NCBI GenBank assembly: GCA_026415295.1
Contig: JAOAHJ010000026.1
Span: 11,638 to 75,637, forward strand
Length of the DNA: 64,000 nucleotides
DNA from: Spirochaetota bacterium
GTDB taxonomy: Bacteria; Spirochaetota; JAAYUW01; JAOAHJ01
Direction: 5' to 3'
Under the pieces are notes generated by a model. The model was not told where the DNA came from, made no database searches, and worked only from the letters and a program-made list of their open reading frames with translations. The first letter of the stretch is position 1; every line of letters starts with the position of its first letter. Positions 61,854 to 64,000 of this stretch are shown one piece after another. A program made the position numbers and the translations under genes.

Positions 61854-63959
61854 ATGGATAAAGGTTTAAAGAATTTGCTTATTTCGATAGTTATTGCTCT
61901 TTCAATCTTTATTTTAATTTTAATATTTATTAAAACAAATATTATATCATTTAATATAAATATATTAACTAACAATGATCAGCAAAAATACTTTAAGAAT
62001 TTATTAAATATAAAAACAAGTTTTTATGAATATATAGATGTTAAAAAAACAAAAATAAAAATTGGACTTATTAATAATATTTTTATTAATAATTTTTTAA
62101 ACTATAAAGGAACAAAAGAATTAGAGTTCTTAATTCAAACATTTCTAAATAACAATGAAGATATAATAGCTATTACCTTAATAGATAAAAATGGAAAAAT
62201 ATTTTTTACATCTCCGGAAAATCCAGATTTAAATAATAAATCAATAAATACTTTAATTTTGAACGAGTATTTAAAAAACAATTTTGTTTTTGATAATTTA
62301 CTTTCAAAGTATGATCAGTATTCGAAAATAGCATCAATAATAATACCTTACCCTATTTATAATAACAAAGATAGTAGTTTTTCTGGTTTAGCTCTATTTC
62401 ACATTCATGGAAGTAGTATTGCAAAAGAAATAAAAGAAAGATCTTCTGTAGATATTAATTCATTAATTTATCAATTAGGTAATAATGTTATAATTTTTTC
62501 ACCATATTCAGAACTTCTCGAGGATAAGAAAGAGCTCTCTAGAATTATAAATACTATCTCTAAAGAAAATAAACTTGGATTTATGGGTCCAAGTAAAGAA
62601 TTCAAATCAACTAAAGGCACCTATTATATTTTTTATGATGCAACCCCTTCAGAATCAAATTATAAATTTGGTCTAATAACTATTAAAATTCAAACAAATA
62701 AATTTCAATTATTACTTATTACAATATATGCAATATCAATCATTGCTCTTATAATATATATTTTATTAGTATCATTTAGCATTGCAGAAAAGGAAATTAA
62801 AAAATCTCCTTATATCGAAAAAAAAGATAAAAAATTTATTAAAAGAGAAGAAGATGAATTTTTAGATTCAGTCTCAAAGAAAAGTTTCTCTGACCACTAT
62901 CTTGAAGAAGCTTATACCCCTACAAGTGTATATTCAGCAACTCAAACCAAAGAAAGCAAAAAAGAAGAGTTAAAAAGTTTAATAAAAGATATATCCAAAA
63001 GTGATTCATTAAAAGCAAAAGAAGTACCACAAGAATTTGATCATTTTGATATAGAACTACCATCACTTGCTGAAGATGAAAAGATTTTAGAAGAAAAAAC
63101 CTCTGAAGAAATTGAGCTTCCTTCTTTAGAGGAAGAACCTAAAATATCTGAAGAAGAGATCGAACTTCCTTCTCTTGAAGAACAAACTTTAATTGAAGAA
63201 AAAATACCTGAATCCCTTGAAGCTGAAGAGGAACTTGAACTTCCTAAACTTGATGAAGAAACTTTATCCTCTTTTGATCAACAACCTACTGAAGAAATTG
63301 AACTTAAAGAAGAAAAAAGTAGTGAATTTGAACTACCTGAATTAAGTGAAGAGATTGTTTCTACTGAAGAAGAAAAAACCTCTGAAGAAATTGAACTTCC
63401 TTCTTTAGAGGAAGAACCTAAAATATCTGAAGAAGAGATTGAACTTCCTTCTCTTGAAGAGCAAACTTTAACTGAAGAAAAAATACCTGAATCCCTTGAA
63501 ACTGAAGATAAAGATATTGCTTTATCAGATAAAGAAATAAGTGATATTTTTCAAGATGCCGAAACAAAACAAATATCTCCATTCGATCAGATATCTAAAG
63601 AATATGCTATAAATTTTAAAATAGATAATATTATTATATTAAAAAATGAAAACAATAAATTTGTAACAGTTGGCTCTTCAAACGAAAATTTTAGTTTAAC
63701 TTTTGACAATGATGAACCATTAATCGAAAAATTATTAGAACTCAAAAAAGATATTTATATACCACAAGGAATCTATAAATTTAAACCCCTTCTTGATAAA
63801 GACGAAGATTTCTTTTCAAATATTGATGGGATCTATTTAAAACCTAAATTTGAAGGAATTAAATTAAACAATATTATTTGTTTCTTTCTTAAAAAAGGGA
63901 AAACATACGATAAAGAAATTTTGCTTAATATTGCTAACAAAATATCAGCTTTAATTTAA
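61854..63959 (+). CDS. Two-TM protein with Cache-like periplasmic domain, acidic repeat region and GAF-like C-terminus
   Basis: ITLIDKNGKI and IIIPYPIY...FSGL Cache-like motifs, multiple EEIELPSL repeats. Confidence 0.65.
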   Translation: MDKGLKNLLISIVIALSIFILILIFIKTNIISFNINILTNNDQQKYFKNLLNIKTSFYEYIDVKKTKIKIGLINNIFINNFLNYKGTKELEFLIQTFLNNNEDIIAITLIDKNGKIFFTSPENPDLNNKSINTLILNEYLKNNFVFDNLLSKYDQYSKIASIIIPYPIYNNKDSSFSGLALFHIHGSSIAKEIKERSSVDINSLIYQLGNNVIIFSPYSELLEDKKELSRIINTISKENKLGFMGPSKEFKSTKGTYYIFYDATPSESNYKFGLITIKIQTNKFQLLLITIYAISIIALIIYILLVSFSIAEKEIKKSPYIEKKDKKFIKREEDEFLDSVSKKSFSDHYLEEAYTPTSVYSATQTKESKKEELKSLIKDISKSDSLKAKEVPQEFDHFDIELPSLAEDEKILEEKTSEEIELPSLEEEPKISEEEIELPSLEEQTLIEEKIPESLEAEEELELPKLDEETLSSFDQQPTEEIELKEEKSSEFELPELSEEIVSTEEEKTSEEIELPSLEEEPKISEEEIELPSLEEQTLTEEKIPESLETEDKDIALSDKEISDIFQDAETKQISPFDQISKEYAINFKIDNIIILKNENNKFVTVGSSNENFSLTFDNDEPLIEKLLELKKDIYIPQGIYKFKPLLDKDEDFFSNIDGIYLKPKFEGIKLNNIICFFLKKGKTYDKEILLNIANKISALI
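63089..63508 (+). repeat. 141-bp in-frame direct repeat (63089-63229 and 63368-63508)
   Basis: Offset is 279 bp (93 codons). Five mismatches counted by eye. Each copy contains two EEIELPSLEE units. Confidence 0.9.
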
Positions 63960-64000
63960 TTTATATTAATTTATTAAATTAATAATAAAATTTTGAAAAA

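Noticed and set aside
7278..61975. Short antisense or overlapping ORFs (e.g. 7278, 13674, 14822, 14871, 15178, 16787, 21498, 25513, 26747, 26941, 35339, 37773, 41457, 41799, 45266, 45544, 48284, 49724, 56216, 57133, 61757)
   Set aside because: They overlap well-supported genes and show no recognisable motifs.

Overview
Very AT-rich bacterial window; a low-GC spirochaete is plausible from gene types (inference, not proven). About 44 kb is surface-glycan biosynthesis. Left part (1-12.3 kb): a GT-C/ArnT-like transferase missed by the ORF track, an IspD/TarI-like cytidylyltransferase, a DPM1-like GT2, GtrA, an MsbA-like exporter, an HldE with a decayed adenylyltransferase half, GT4s and an Asn-synthase-like enzyme. 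Centre (12.3-43.7 kb): about 31 kb of minus-strand Wzx/Wzy O-antigen genes (wbpE/wbpA, a full legionaminic-acid set, two Gfo/Idh/MocA oxidoreductases plus an SGNH hydrolase, wbuXYZ, fnlABC, wbuB, wzz, wecA, waaL, DegT, pglF). An EPS-type MarR regulator heads this run. Its candidate operator TGTTCA-N5-TGAACA occurs twice, over its own start codon and over the downstream promoter. Upstream, three chemoreceptor genes lie between wbpD and an unannotated 3' remnant of wbpI. Right part: a long LptA/OstA-like gene, a glutaredoxin divergent from a Cys-rich MarR, a tandem CBM48 protein, a CheW-like/TM/coiled-coil/TPR protein, uvrB, and a Cache-like membrane protein with duplicated acidic repeats. No rRNA, tRNA, CRISPR array or transposase was recognised. 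All family calls come from motif recognition by eye, with no database search.
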